A stretch of DNA of 64,000 bases from Leucoraja ocellata (lineage: Eukaryota), in contig JAWMAR010000786.1 of assembly GCA_036785375.1 (NCBI GenBank), forward strand, positions 434,001 to 498,000. Reading direction: 5' to 3'. Below are positions 11,954 to 25,079 of this stretch, piece by piece; the stretch's first letter is position 1, and every line of letters begins with the position of its first letter. Made by a program: the position numbers and the translations under genes. The notes under the pieces are model-generated. The model worked only from the letters and a program-made list of their open reading frames with translations, did no database searches and was not told where the DNA came from.

Positions 11954-13620
11954 ATAGAGCAAATCAATTAGCTCAGTATTGTTTCTATTATTTGGTTAGT
12001 GGTTTCCAATCTAGTGTATAGGATTTTCTCTCCCCCCCCTATCTCACACCCATGCAGAAGGGTTTTAAATATTAGAGGCTTTTGTAATGCTATAGTTGTG
12101 GGAAAGGTCAGTGAGAAAAATCAAAAAAAATATTGAAATAGTCAAAAACATACATTCCAGCTGCAGCAGTCACAGTACCACTACCAATCTGTGAGAGTGC
12201 CAGGATAATCCAAATTTAAGGGTGGCCCATGTGGGTGGGGCATGCATTTTGCTGAGTGCTTTCATTTTAAAAGATTGGTAACCACTGAGCTAGATCATTG
12301 ATGTTCTGTTCTTGATTCTACTAGTCTTTGCTTTGGAGTTGAAAGTCAAACTGCAGATGCTGTAAATCTGAAATTAAAAACAGAAAATACGGGGAATGCT
12401 CAGCAGATCAAACCGCATCTGTGGAGCGAGAAAACAGATCTTTACCTAAAACATTACCTGTTTCCCTTTCAGCAGAGGCTGTCTAACCTTGGCATTCCAG
12501 CAATTTCTGTTTTTGTTTGGCTTTGTAGTTTCACAGCATCTTAAACCAAACAAAAGATTTAGCTACTTTGGTCACTTTAAATTGTGTCCAGTGTCTGCCT
12601 TTCAGGGAAAGTGTTTCACATTTCTGCTTTACTTTGTGTGGAAAAAGTGCATTCTCATTTCAACCTAGGCTGCTTAATTCATCTCAAGCTTATTTTTCCA
12701 TCAGTGGATATTTTCATTGCAACTGCCAACTCAAATTCTTCAAAATCCTCAAGTGAAATATTCTTCAATCTTCTAAATTCCCTGAATTAAGAAGAACATT
12801 GTGCAATTTAATTCCAAGAAGGGACATCATTTGTCTTTTGAGCTGTGTTGCTCTGTCCCTTGGATGCTATTACCCCACATGCGCGTTCCCTTACAGCCAT
12901 GAGAGTTGTCAGATCCCTGCATCCACCGTGTTATGTTTCCTGTACTCAACAGGCTGCTGTCATTCCTGCCAGCTGCGCTCCCCTTTACACCTCAACGCCA
13001 GTCTTGTATCTCTCCTCTCCTGTTTGCCAGATGTTGGGCTCCTTTTGCAGCAGTTTTAAACTTATCAAGTTTCAAAGTAATAAAAATTTAATGTTCACCA
13101 TGTCGTCTGACTTTAAAACTGCTGATCGAGAAAACTGCACAAAGGGCTTGATGAATGAGCACAGCTGTAGCTTGGGGTTCCCTCAGCAAAGGATGGGAGG
13201 GGGAGGGAAATAAAAGTAGGCTCCCATTCCCTATCACAACCTCCATACTAAGATCTGTTTACCCGTAACACCTGACCTAAATTGTCTCCAATGTCTTGAC
13301 CAAAGAATGCTTAGCCTTGGTTTTTGCGTGTACCCAATCTTAATTGTTCCATCCTATGCAGCTGTCTTTTCAGCTGCCATGGGAAGCTGTGGAATTCCCA
13401 CTTTAAGCTCCGAAACTTGCTGTCTCACCACCTCCTTCCCTCCTTCAAAATCCTCCTTCAAACGATCTTCATTGATCGTTATTTTTCTCCCATCTTCATG
13501 CAACAGGGTAACAGGTTTTAGTCTGCGAGGCATCCCGGCATAGTGTATCAGTTAAAAAATTCTACGCAAATGGTAGTTGTTGAGGTAATGACAGATCCAA
13601 TTGTGGATGCCTATTGTTCA

Positions 13621-13935
13621 GCAGGGCAGCATAGTGGTGCAACGAGTGGAGCTGCAGTCACACTGCATCCTAGACACAGGTTCAATCCCAGACTTGGGTA
13701 CTGTCCTTGTGGAGTTTGCACGTTGTACCCGAGAGCCTGTGAGTTTCCTCCAGGTGTTTATATCCTCACCTTCAAAGAGGTGTTTGCTTCCCTCTCTGTC
13801 TCTAGAATGTAGGTTAAAGGTATCTAGGAAGGATTATTAAAAAATGGGATGAGTGTAGGATTAGTGTGAATGAAAAGTTGATGATCAGTATGTACTCAGC
13901 GAGCCAAAAGTTCTGTTTCTGTGCCATTGCTCTCT
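13621..13935 (+). mobile_element. Degenerate HE1/V-SINE-like SINE
   Basis: tRNA-like head (tagtggtgcaacgag...ggttcaatccc) and gtggagtttgcacgtt core. Confidence 0.75.
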
Positions 13936-15384
13936 GATATAGATGATTGAAACATGGGTCAGGTCCCCAAGTAAATTGGTTCTCCAGTAGAGAAGGGTAG
14001 GGAATACAGATAGCATTACTGGAGTGATACTACTTAACTGGAAGACGAGTGGCCAGAAAAAATTAAATGATAAGATCGCTGCAGGCAACAGAGAGTGGTA
14101 ATGGATTGGTGGAAAAAAAAGCTGTTTTAGAGATAGTGCAGTATCATGCAGTCAATACCAACCACTTAACCAAAGTATCGCAACCACCAAATTTCTGCAC
14201 TCATCTTCTCTGGCCTTTGTTTTTTTAATGTCTCCCTGTCTTGCTCCAGCATTGGCAGCTATGCCTTCAGCTGTGAAATCTTGTGCTCTGGAGTGCACTC
14301 ATCATCATTCACATGACTTTGCACGGCATTAATTCAGATGTGCAGTCAGTCATCATGGTTAGCAATGCTTATTTTGAAGAAGTAATGGAAAACAAATATT
14401 CTATTCTTCCAAACTGTACTAATGTATAATCTTTGCAATCTCTGACCAGTTAATCTGAAAATCGTTAGTTGTCGCATGCAAGGGTTGCAAGGGTCTATTC
14501 TGCCACCCACCCCCTACTCTGCAAAAGTCTGCTTTCGCATAATTCTGATCTCTTGGTCTCCCATTGTCCTTGTTCACTTTAGGCACTTATGCCTTCTCTC
14601 GATTATACACTGTAATTCACATCTCAAAGCTTTGTTCCCTCTTCCTCAAAATCCATGTTTGATGATGCATCTTTAATCTCCCTCCGTTTGATTGTTCATC
14701 ATCTTCACATATTTGTTCTACGGTTGGTGTTTCACATTATTGGTACTATTTAAATGTATGAATATGGACATTTGTTTGAGGAAATATAATGGTCACCTTT
14801 TGTTCAAAATACTGCCTCTGGGTAATACAGAAGTTCTAAAGTGAATGTGCTGCATGTAGCATAGCGCATGGTCCAAAAGAAACTAGTGCCAAATGAAAGA
14901 ACATCAGTGGCTGGAGTACTGAGCTTAGATGCTAGTTACTAGTTCGGAATTATTTTACATGACAATAAAACCTATTTTCATTCAGTATTACAATGACTTT
15001 GATTAATTATGTTGTCTCTACCTCTACGCCCAGACATATTGTTATTAATATACAAAAATGCCTTCTATTGGTGCATTCTCACACTCTTTCACGAATCTCT
15101 CATTTGTTTGAAGCACAGTACCCTGATGAAATCCCCTTATTCACTGAGCTTTAAGCAAGATAAATAGTGCGAGGAGCATATTTATTAATATTTGCTGCTT
15201 TGGATGTATCAATCTAATTCGTATTGCAAGCTTGTTTGAAGTGCCTTATTTTTGAAAATATTCTATATCATGATGGTTTGGGTGTCATGTGCTGGGGAGA
15301 GAGATTTATTGTGGCATTATGTTCCACAGAGATAATGTGGGCCGAAGGGCCTGTTTCTTTGCTGTACTGTTCTATGTTCTGTGT

Positions 15385-16275
15385 TAAATGGCATGGAGTT
15401 TAATCTGAGCATGTACGAGGTGTATCACATTCAGAGACCGAATGTAAGGGGGAAAGTATACAGTTTGGGGTCCTAGTCTATAGCTCTCTGAAAGTGACAA
15501 TGCAATTAGATATAGTGGTAAAGAAGGTTGTGCTGTGCTTTCCTTCATTGATTGGGGCATTGAGTATAACTCAATGTAGCTGCAACTGCGGAGGGCTTGG
15601 GGAGACCCTGACCACGGGGAACAGTGGAGGAAGAAGACTGACTTTGGTGCCTTCCCACACAGTGGGAAACTTTGGTTCTGCTGTGTACGGATGTTTTGTG
15701 TTGAATTCTATAGTGTGTTGAGTCCTGTTTATTTTTATTGTATGGCTGTATGGGAATTCATTTCACTGTGCCATCTGGCACACGTGACAATTAAATTTAT
15801 CTTGTATCTTGTATCTTGTATAATAGTTAAAGAATCATGAAGTAGCTTCATAAAACTTTTGTTAGGCTGCATTGTGTGCATCTGTCCCATTGTATGTGGT
15901 TGCCCCATTTCAGAAAGGATGTGGAGACTGGGGAATTACAGGAAGGATGTGGAGACTATGAATAGGCTGTATGGAAAGCGAGAAAGAACATGTTTTAAGA
16001 GGGTGTAGAAGTGGTTTACCAGAATGCTGCTGAGATTAGAGGGTATTGGCTATAGGGAGAGATTGGACAAATATGGATTGTTTCCTAATGAAAGTCGGAG
16101 GTTGAGGGGGACCTGATAGAAGCTGTACAATAATATTATGGAAGGCATGGATAGGGTATATTGTCAGTCGTTTCCCTAGGGTGGAAATGTTAAAGACTAG
16201 AGGGCATAGCTTTAAGGTTAGAAGGGGAAAGTGTGAATGAGATGCATGTAAAACATTTTTTACACGGAGTGGTGG
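15385..16275 (+). mobile_element. Degenerate CR1 ORF2 fragment with a nested insertion at ~15575-15820
   Basis: Decayed CR1 RT-to-C-terminus motifs on both sides of the nested element. Confidence 0.75.
15575..15820 (+). mobile_element. 5'-truncated non-autonomous retroelement with 3' hairpin and (ATCTTGT)n tail
   Basis: Similar to 59060-59276. Ends tttcactgtgccatctggcacacgtgacaattaaa followed by the tandem tail. Confidence 0.7.
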
Positions 16276-16319
16276 AAACACCACTCCTGGCATTAATGCC
16301 TCCAAAAATGGGCTTGCCC

Positions 16320-16680
16320 TAATTCAGGACCTTAACTCGGGGGTTATCACTATTTTTCTCCATAATCACTTTAAAACTATGGTCACTGGTCCCAAAGTGC
16401 CCCCCATTGACACTTCAGTCATTTGCTCTACCTTGTTCCCTAATGGAGGTTCAGTGTCGTGCCCTCTCGATTAGGACAATCCATATAATGATTAAGGAAG
16501 CTTTCTTGGACCGTTGTAATAAACTTCACCCCGTCCAAGCTCTTAACAGTATGGGAGCTCCAATAAGGGAAGTTAAAATATCCCACTAATACCAGACTAT
16601 TATTTTTGCAGCAATTTTCCTGCATAACTGCTCTCCACTTCAACTGACTATTGGCGGACTTTTAATGCAATCCCATTAAA
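16320..16680 (-). mobile_element. CR1 endonuclease-domain remnant
   Basis: ORF 16440-16643 reads VLVGYFNFP...LDGVKFITTVQESFLNHYMDCPNREGTTLNL, matching the GDFN.../PTRxxxxLDL motifs of the APE domain. Confidence 0.8.
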
Positions 16681-17520
16681 GTGATTATTTCCTTCCCATT
16701 TCTATGTTATTTTATGATTTCTCAAGAATATCCTTTCTGAGCAATGAGCAAAGTGAATCCTAGAGGGATCCTTTCAATCTCATGTTCCATACTCTTTACG
16801 GTAAAGTTTCCCACTGCATATTGCCAACTGCTATCGCTGCCTTACGGTTTGTTCATTTTCTTTGAGTAGGATTATCTAAAAATTTAAGTAGATTGTCACT
16901 TAAGGTACCAATGTGCAGTAGTGTTTTTTTTAAAGGGTCTACTTGTCTAGGAATGGTAAACTTGTTTAGATTAACTTGTTCTGATGTATTTTAGGGTTAT
17001 TCAGTTTGGATAATTTCATATTTACAGCGTACAATTTGCAATTGAAATTTGTTAAAACATTATTAAAGTACAGATTTGCGAGTTTCATCGTACTTTGGTG
17101 CTTTGTAGTTTTTCAGTATATCTTTTCAATATATTTTTCCATCCTCCTGAGAATCTCTTGCTGTGATGGATATCTGCGCTGGGCGTGCAGAATATGTGGT
17201 CCATCCATTGCAGCAAGTTGAATATGATCACAGCATGGGTACTGGAGAATGGTGGCCTGGGCCATAACATCGGTAGTTTCCCTTGCTGAAATGCTGCATT
17301 CATCACAGTGTTGTTGGATGTGGGGATTTAGAACCAATGCCAATGAAGGAATTGTGATATATTTCCCAGTCAGTATGATTGGTAATTTGGATAGAAAATT
17401 TCAAACTGTGACGTTCCCATGTGCTTGCGGCCGTTTCCCTTCTTGGTCGTCAAGGTCGCAGATTTGGGAGGTGTAATTGGAGTAGCATCGATGAGTAACT
17501 TGAGAGTACGTTTTGTGAAT

Positions 17521-17686
17521 GTGTAAGAAGGAACTGCAGATGCTGGCTTAAACCGAAGATAGACATGAAAAGCTGGAGTAACTCAGCGGGATAGACAGCA
17601 TCTCTGGAGAGAAGGAATGGGTGACGTTTCAGGTAGAGACCTTTCTTCAGACTGGGCCTGAGTTACTCCAGCTTTTTGTGTCTATC
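17521..17686 (-). mobile_element. Penelope-type repeat with a short inverted partial copy and the most intact hammerhead core (17620-17653)
   Basis: The minus strand reads agtCTGAAGAa-aggt-ctct-acct-GAAAcGTCacc. Confidence 0.75.
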
Positions 17687-18002
17687 CATGTTGTGTGAAT
17701 GGTACACACTGCAGGGGAAACTGCATTGGTGGTGTAGCGAATAACTGTTTAGGGTGGTGGATGTCCTCTACCAGCTTGCCCCTCAAAACAATGTCTGACA
17801 ATCTTTACCCACTGAGAGACTCTAGAAAATGTGAATATTTATAATCATGTGGTATTTGGGCATCTGGAGTGGACGGCCTCACTGGACGGTAAATCCGTAC
17901 CTTAAAGCAAAATCAACACTTTGGGAGGGAGGATATGAGTGGAGGAATATCTAACAATGGTTCCTTTATGATTGATTAATCTTGATTTTTGTTCTTGTTC
18001 AG

Positions 18003-18153
18003 GTTGGTGCGAGAATTTGTTGCACAGAATAACATTGGGCAGATAAAACATGTAATCCAGATCCTGTCGCAAGAGTTTGCACTGTCACAACATCCTCACA
18101 GCCGCAAGGGTGGGCTGATTGGTCTTGCCGCCTGCTCCATCGCTCTTGGCAAG
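18003..18153 (+). CDS. VAC14: VAC14 coding exon 2 ([50 protein letters not shown])
   Basis: ttgttcag| acceptor, AAG|GTGGGT donor, 151 nt, frame continuous with exon 1. Confidence 0.97.
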
Positions 18154-21084
18154 GTGGGTTATGCTTATCTTGTGATAAACCAATGATAGTGTACTGGAAT
18201 GATTCAAGCTCATTTAAACTCCTTCAGATTTGCTCTTCTACTGCCCTAGGTACAGGAGACTGCAGATGCTGGAATCTTGAGAAGTCTGAAGAAGATCCCA
18301 GCCCAAAATGTATTCATTTCCTTCGTAGATGTTGTCTGAGCTGCTGATTTCCTCCTGCACTGTTTTTAGGACAATAATGTGGGGTGTTTGTTTCCGAGGG
18401 TGAGGCCTCATGAACTTCTGCGTCTAATAACAAATGCCATTTGAGTACATTTGATTATTGATTTCAATCCTCTTACCAATAACATTGCAAACACACTTTG
18501 TTAATTATATGACTAGCTCTCAAGAACATAGACATGCCATTTTGTACTATCTAAAGTTATTTAATGTGTACTGAGTTGAGGTTCATATTTCGATGGCTGT
18601 GCTAAGTAGAAAATTTGATATCTTAATAATTTCAATGATCGTAATTGTCATCTTCATGTTCAGCTAAGTTCTTGTGAAAGAATGGCCAACTGTCTAATTT
18701 AAATACACATCTCTTTATGTTTTGTTTTCCCACTCATCCTTTCCTCTTCTCTGCATGGAAAAGATTCCCCTTGTGGGGATAATGTCTTAACAGACAGTTT
18801 GCAGACAACTGGACCAGATATCTTGTACTGCAAGGAGCAAGCTACCCAGCCATTCAAGTTTGGCAAATAGATTGTAGCTGATTTGTACCCTACTTTTCAT
18901 CCACGCAATTCCTTACTCCTTAAAACCTTAACTCAGCAAATAAATTCAACACATTGTCATCATCTGACTTATCCAACAGACTTTGGAGAGAGTTAATTCC
19001 AGATTTGATACCTTTTACATAGAGAAGATGAAAGGTAACTGCATGCATTTTACTGTTCCCAATAATGACTGCAGGGATTAATGAAGGTTGTAATTATTGT
19101 AATATTTTCCCAGCGTTGACTTAGTTTGAGCTTTGTCGGGTCCTTGATGTGCAGTAGAGAAGAATTCCATAGTAGAATCTGCAGTGAAACCAGAGAATCA
19201 CGTGCTTGAATCTTTGCGCCTTGCTATCCTTTACTAAGACATCGAATAGGATAGTGAGTGCACCAAATGACAAGTGCTGCAAGGTTAACAGTGGAGTTAC
19301 AGAGTGCAGCCTGTAAAGTATCTATAGGGCCCCAAACAACTGATATGATCAAAAATCAAACTATTGGAGATGCTTAGTGGGTCAGGCAGCATCCGTGAAG
19401 GATAATGGACGATCAATGTATAAAGTCCCTTCCTCTGGACTGAAAGGTTGGAAGATGGATGGCTAGTATGAAAAGGTGGGAGTGGTGGTGGGACAAGAGC
19501 TGGCATGCAATAGATGGATCTAGGTGAGGAGGGGTGGATGGCATCAGGTGCGGGAGATAACTGCAGAGGAATAACTTAGTATGATCTCTTAGCATTGTTA
19601 GAGATATGAGTAGTTTAGTGGACAAAGTAAGCATTGTAATATATATTTTGTGGGAATGGTTTAAACTAACAGAAGTTCAGATTTAGTAATATGAGTCTTG
19701 GATTAAATAGCAAATTCATATTGATGTTTGAGTGAAATCTATGTTACAATCATGTACTGAAAAATGTTAGGTAAGCTGAAATCTGTTTCCCTTTTTTAAG
19801 AAAGGGAACTTCTATGGATAATAGACTACCTCTCACAGAGGTCTTAGTTTACCAGTGTGTGCATTATTCCTGTACCAGTTCTCTCTCTTTCCATGACATC
19901 TATCTGATGATTATTGCTTATCTTCCTTTTAGTCACAGCAGATATGAATCCAATTACTGAGCCTCTTGCTGATAAAGGCGTGTTCATGGATTGTGGAACA
20001 ATTCGGGACAGACCATTCAGGCCATGTTGTCTGTGCCAACCATGATGCCAATGTAAACTTTAATTGCCTGCATATGATCTATATTCCTCCAGGTGTTGCT
20101 TCCACATCCAGATTAAACTCCATTTGCTATTCCTTGCTATTCCAAATGTTCAACATCAAAAAGTATAACAACAGTGCGTAGGTATATAGGGTGGTTATAG
20201 GGTGTGATGCTGATGTGGTTGGAGGTTTGGCTGAGATGCTGTAGGACATAGATGGTGATGGGTGCAGCAGTGCAAAGGATGGGATGGGTGTGTTGCTACA
20301 CCACATAAAAGGGGCATATTTGAGGTAACAATGCACAACAGGGGCAGGCATTGGACCTAAGCACAATCGGGGAGGGGGCTGGACGTGAGGTTGCAGGGCC
20401 TGGATAGGGGCTGGACATGGAAGTACAAGCAGGGAACTTGTGTGATACCGCTAGGTGCAGGCAAGGGTTTGGGTGCGATGCTGCCGGGAGCAGGCAGGGT
20501 CAGGCACAATACCAGGCAAGATGTTATGTTTGGGGAGGTTGTGCTGGGTAGTCATATGTAGGCTGAATGTTGGGCAGAGTGCTGGGAGACAGGCGCTGAA
20601 TGGAAGATAACAAAATTGAATGTGGGTATGATGCTGTCTGTTGTAAGGATGGAATGGTAAGGTAAAGTTGATAACGTTCAGTATGTTCATTGGCAGGAAC
20701 AGTATTTAATTGAGGATGTCGGCTCTCGAACTCTGTGCAAATACCTAGTCTTTGCTGCATTACTTGACAAAGGGTTCAATTCCTGAATCTTTCACTGATC
20801 ACGTTCACAGGGAAGCTTACGGGCAGTAAGGACAACTGCAGCTAATACTAAACTAGGTTGGGATGTGGTAGTGGTATGAAAGATCAGTCTGAGTTTGTCT
20901 TTTTCCCTGATGGGATACTTTGTCATCATGAGGAGAAAACAGTTTAATGCTGTAGCAGAGGACATATGGCAGACGAATTCTGCTACAATGCCATCAGAGA
21001 GCAAACATTGAAAGCCTTGTGTTAAATCCTGCATTCTCAAAGCATTCAGTGACGGTGTTCAATATGTATCTATTTTCCTTGCAG

Positions 21085-21252
21085 GATTCCGGTTTGTATC
21101 TGAAGGAATTGATTGAACCTGTTTTGACATGTTTCAATGATGCTGATAGCCGATTGCGTTACTACGCCTGCGAAGCTCTGTACAACATCGTGAAGGTGGC
21201 CAGGGGCTCCGTTCTTCCGCACTTCAATGTCCTGTTCAATGGACTTAGCAAG
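21085..21252 (+). CDS. VAC14: VAC14 coding exon 3 ([56 protein letters not shown])
   Basis: ttgcag| acceptor, AAG|GTAATT donor, 168 nt. Confidence 0.97.
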
Positions 21253-22234
21253 GTAATTGGGGCTTCTTTTAGTCCCTATGTAAGCAAAAATGTAGGTTGC
21301 TCTTGCTGCTGCTGAACCTGAGGCGGCAAGGGAGCTAGTTAATTTTGTAAAGTATAATCACCCTTTTGTGCACTTATCATAGCTGCCCTGTTTATACAGC
21401 AAGAGGAACAACAAATGGTGTCACCTATGTTGTTGGACAATAAAATACAATGTGTGGATGGCCCATCCTCTGCCTTCCAGCACATTTCTGCCTTTTCTCC
21501 TCTGATTATTGAAAAAAGAGAGGCGGGTTTGTTGAACCTACACCTACACATCATTGGGGATGGTGCTCGATGATTGGCACATCAGGAAAAGGACATTCAC
21601 ACTCTTGGGTTGCAAGACAAGAGATTTGGGATTGAAATATGGAGAAAATTCTCCACTCAGTGTAGTCAATCTGGAGTTCCCCACCCCTGAGGCCAAGTGT
21701 TGAATATTTGTAATATAGATAAATTCCTAGATGCAAATAGGTATCAGTTGTAGAAGTGAAAGTACCAATAAGATGTTGAGATATGTGGTCGTGGAGAACA
21801 GTGGAGCAGGCTGAAGGGCTGAATGACCGACCCACTGCTCTTATTGTCTATGAAAGTATTAATGTCAAATAAGTGATTGCCAAGGATAATGCTGGGGTTT
21901 GTAACCACTTTCAGCCAGAGGTACCTCCTCCTAAAACCAGCATGTACCCACTATCAAGAAAATACAGAACATGCAATAGACCTGAAACTGTACCAACAAC
22001 ATTCTTGCTCTTGTATTGTGAATGCTTGGTTCTTAGAGCAGGTTGTTTAAGTACAGCTACAACACTCATTTTGGAAAATTGCTGAGCTATGTCTTACTCA
22101 CCTGAAGCAGAACAAATAATTACAGTTCCATTAGCCGATTTCCAATTAGCAACTAAGAGAGAATGTGTAATTGACTAACATAAGTTAGTACTTATAGATC
22201 CAAGAATACTCGCTTTGGGTTCTGCCAGGCCAAT

Positions 22235-22815
22235 GCAGTTCATTAGAACTTTAATTTATTGGACTTTGGTTAGGCCGCATTGGATGCTGTCTGGTCACCC
22301 CATTATAGGAAGACTTGAGGAGGCTTTGGAAAGAGTGCAGTGCTTTACCAGAATGATGCCTGCATTAGGAGGCATTAGATACAGTGAGAGGTTGGACAGA
22401 CTTGGATTATTTTCTCTGGAACACCAGAGGTTGCGGGGAGACCTGGTAGAATTATATCAAAATTATGAGAGGCATAGATGGGGTAGACAGTCAGAACCTT
22501 TCTCCAAGGATGGAAAAATGAAATACAAGAGAGGATAGCTTTAAGGTGAGAGGGGCAAAGTTTAAAGGAGATATCTGGGGCAAGTTTCTTTCTCACACAG
22601 AAGGCAGTAAGTACCTGGAACGCACTGCTGGGGGTGGTGGTTGAAGCAGATATGATAGTGGTATTTAAGAGACTTTTGGATAGACATTTGGAAATGTAGG
22701 GAATGGAGGGACATGGATTATGTTGAGGTAGATAAGAGATGGTATTGGCATCTTGTACATCACAGACATTATGGGCTGAAAGGCCTGTGCTTGGTGCTAT
22801 TTGCTCCGAGTTATG
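22235..22815 (+). mobile_element. Degenerate CR1 3' fragment ending just upstream of VAC14 exon 4
   Basis: ORF 22215-22538 reads TLVRPH...ERLDRLGLFSLEHQRLRGDL. The 3' UTR runs to ~22815. Confidence 0.88.
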
Positions 22816-22839
22816 TTGGTTTATGTTTTGTGTACACAG

Positions 22840-22902
22840 TTGGCAGCTGATCCAGATCCAAATGTTAAAAGCGGCTCTGAGTTACTGGACCGGTTATTAA
22901 AG
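22840..22902 (+). CDS. VAC14: VAC14 coding exon 4 ([21 protein letters not shown])
   Basis: acacag| acceptor, AAG|GTAAGC donor, 63 nt. Confidence 0.96.
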
Positions 22903-23799
22903 GTAAGCATTTCCATTCGTGATGGTCAGATGTTATGCTGCATTAGATTTTGACCAGATTGCAAAAGGCTACTTTTGCATTAAGGGTCGCAATCAACACT
23001 TTGATTCTCTACACAAAAATAATTTGTCTCTGTGTGTTTCCTGATTGGGAAATCGTGTAATTATTCTGAATGGGACTGATCAAGGTTAAAGAACAATAAT
23101 TAAACACAGAACGTCTGCATGATGTGGCACCTTACCGAGCTATGCATTCATCACAACCGCCACTGTGTCTCGCGTTTAAAACATGAAGATTCGTGTTCAG
23201 TGTATCTGGTGCACATTGCATCTTGTGAAACGTATAAATAATAGAGCACTTAATTTATTCAAAAGGAGCAGGGCCATGCAAGGCATAACACATTTACTGT
23301 TGTGTGTTTGTGTTCCAGTGGGGTCATTAAGTCAGAAATGAACAAAGTGCTTGTTTTCAATATAATTCTCTGCAATGTCAGTCAAATTAATTCACCATCA
23401 GTTTGTAATTTGAAGGAATATTTGCGGGTGATGGAGGTTAATAGGGTTCTCAAGACAGGTGGTTGTTGAGATTCTATCTCATTACACTTGTTTCCAAGTT
23501 AGAGGACCCTTTCTCCACACCAAACTTGCATGGTTAAGCTCAGCTGTTCTCAACTAGTCCTGAAATCACACAATACATGGAAACCTTTTGGCGTCAGGTG
23601 GCTTATTGTAACAGCAATCTATTTAGTTCCGATGGCTTTTAAGTATTTATCTACTTCCATTTTGATTACAATTGAATTTATTTCACCATTGTTTAAGGCA
23701 GCACATTTTGGATCCCTGTTTTCATCTACCAATATCCCTCCAGTTTTGCATTTCGTTCTTCTTCTTTTCTTATCTGCCATCCCTTTTGTCTCCGGACTC

Positions 23800-24040
23800 G
23801 CAATATCTTCACCCATCCAACAATCACACCCCTTCACCTATATCCACCTATCACTTGCCAGGCTTTGCCCCACTCCCATCTCTCTTTTCCAACTTTCCCC
23901 ACCATGTGCCTCAGTCTGAAGAAGGGTTCCGACCAAAACATCGTTTGTCCATTTCCTGCACAAATGCTGCCTGATGCGCTGTTCCTCCAGCACTTTTTTT
24001 TTCCTGCTCAAATTTCCAGCATCTGCAGTCTCATGTGTTT
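23800..24040 (+). mobile_element. Penelope-type repeat
   Basis: cagtctgaagaagggttccgacc...atgctgcctga...ccagcatctgcagt. Confidence 0.7.
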
Positions 24041-24651
24041 ACATTTTAGATGATACTGCACTAAAAATATTTAATCATATATCTTGCTCTTTGCCAAATA
24101 CTTTACATCTAGTTTCTTCAGTTAACTCTTTCGATGGAAAATTTCTCCTTACCTTGGCTGCATGGTTGTGAGTGTACAAGGGGTATAGCAAGGGGCTACA
24201 GTTGAGAATTTCAATTAGCTCTTGTTATGATGAACCATAGGGGTTAGTGCGGGAGTTGTGTCTGATATTGCCAATTGTCCGCTATAACTGAGTATCATTA
24301 TATGGAGTTGAAACAAAGAATTGCAGATGATTCTTAGTGCACAAAGGGACTCAAAGTGCTGGAGTAACTCAGCAAGTCAGGCCACGTCTCTGGAGAATAT
24401 GGATGGGTGACGACGGGATCCTTCTTCAGAACAACTTAGTCAACTGAGTTACTCCAGCACTGTGTTATTTTTCCCTAAAACCAAGTGCCAATTGCCGCTG
24501 GTCTGCACCAGCGACCCCGTCGTCATCAGTTGACACGGCTGTTGTTGCGGCTCACATTGGAGCCCCTGACGGAACAGTTCACTGACTCAAAGCAATCGTG
24601 AAGGATCTCGCCTGTTTCCTCAAACCAATGCTGCATAACTTTTTGTTTTTG

Positions 24652-24770
24652 CTTGCCATTAGCTTGTCTCTTAGTCAATATGTCAAAATGCATCAGTTTA
24701 CATTTCTCTACATTAAATACCCTCCATTACTTGTCAATCTTGCTTACAATGAGCATTGATTGAAGTTTGC
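24652..24770. repeat. Left arm of a ~120-bp inverted repeat flanking coding exons 5-6
   Basis: Reverse complement of 25653-25775, with only a few substitutions and two small indels. Confidence 0.93.
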
Positions 24771-24971
24771 ATGTTCTCTCTGACTGTATGAGATTTTGGA
24801 TTTTCTCACACCACAAAGCTGAGTGGGTTGGCAGGTTAATTGGCTGCTGTAGCAGCTGCTAGGGTGTAGTTGAGTGGTAGATTTTTTGGGTGGTGGGAGG
24901 ATGACAATGTGGGGAAATAATTATTTAGTCTATGATTGATGATTTAATACGTGTCATTTCTTATCTCGCAG

Positions 24972-25079
24972 GACATTGTGACGGAAAGTTCCAAGTTTGA
25001 TCTTGTGGCTTTTGTTCCTCTCTTGAGAGAGCGAATTTATTCCAACAATCAGTATGCTAGGCAATTCATAATCTCCTGG
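24972..25079 (+). CDS. VAC14: VAC14 coding exon 5 ([36 protein letters not shown])
   Basis: ctcgcag| acceptor, TGG|GTGAGT donor, 108 nt. Confidence 0.97.

Noticed and set aside
13621-13700. tRNA gene
   Set aside because: The A/B-box-like sequence is a degenerate SINE head followed by SINE core, with no intact cloverleaf.
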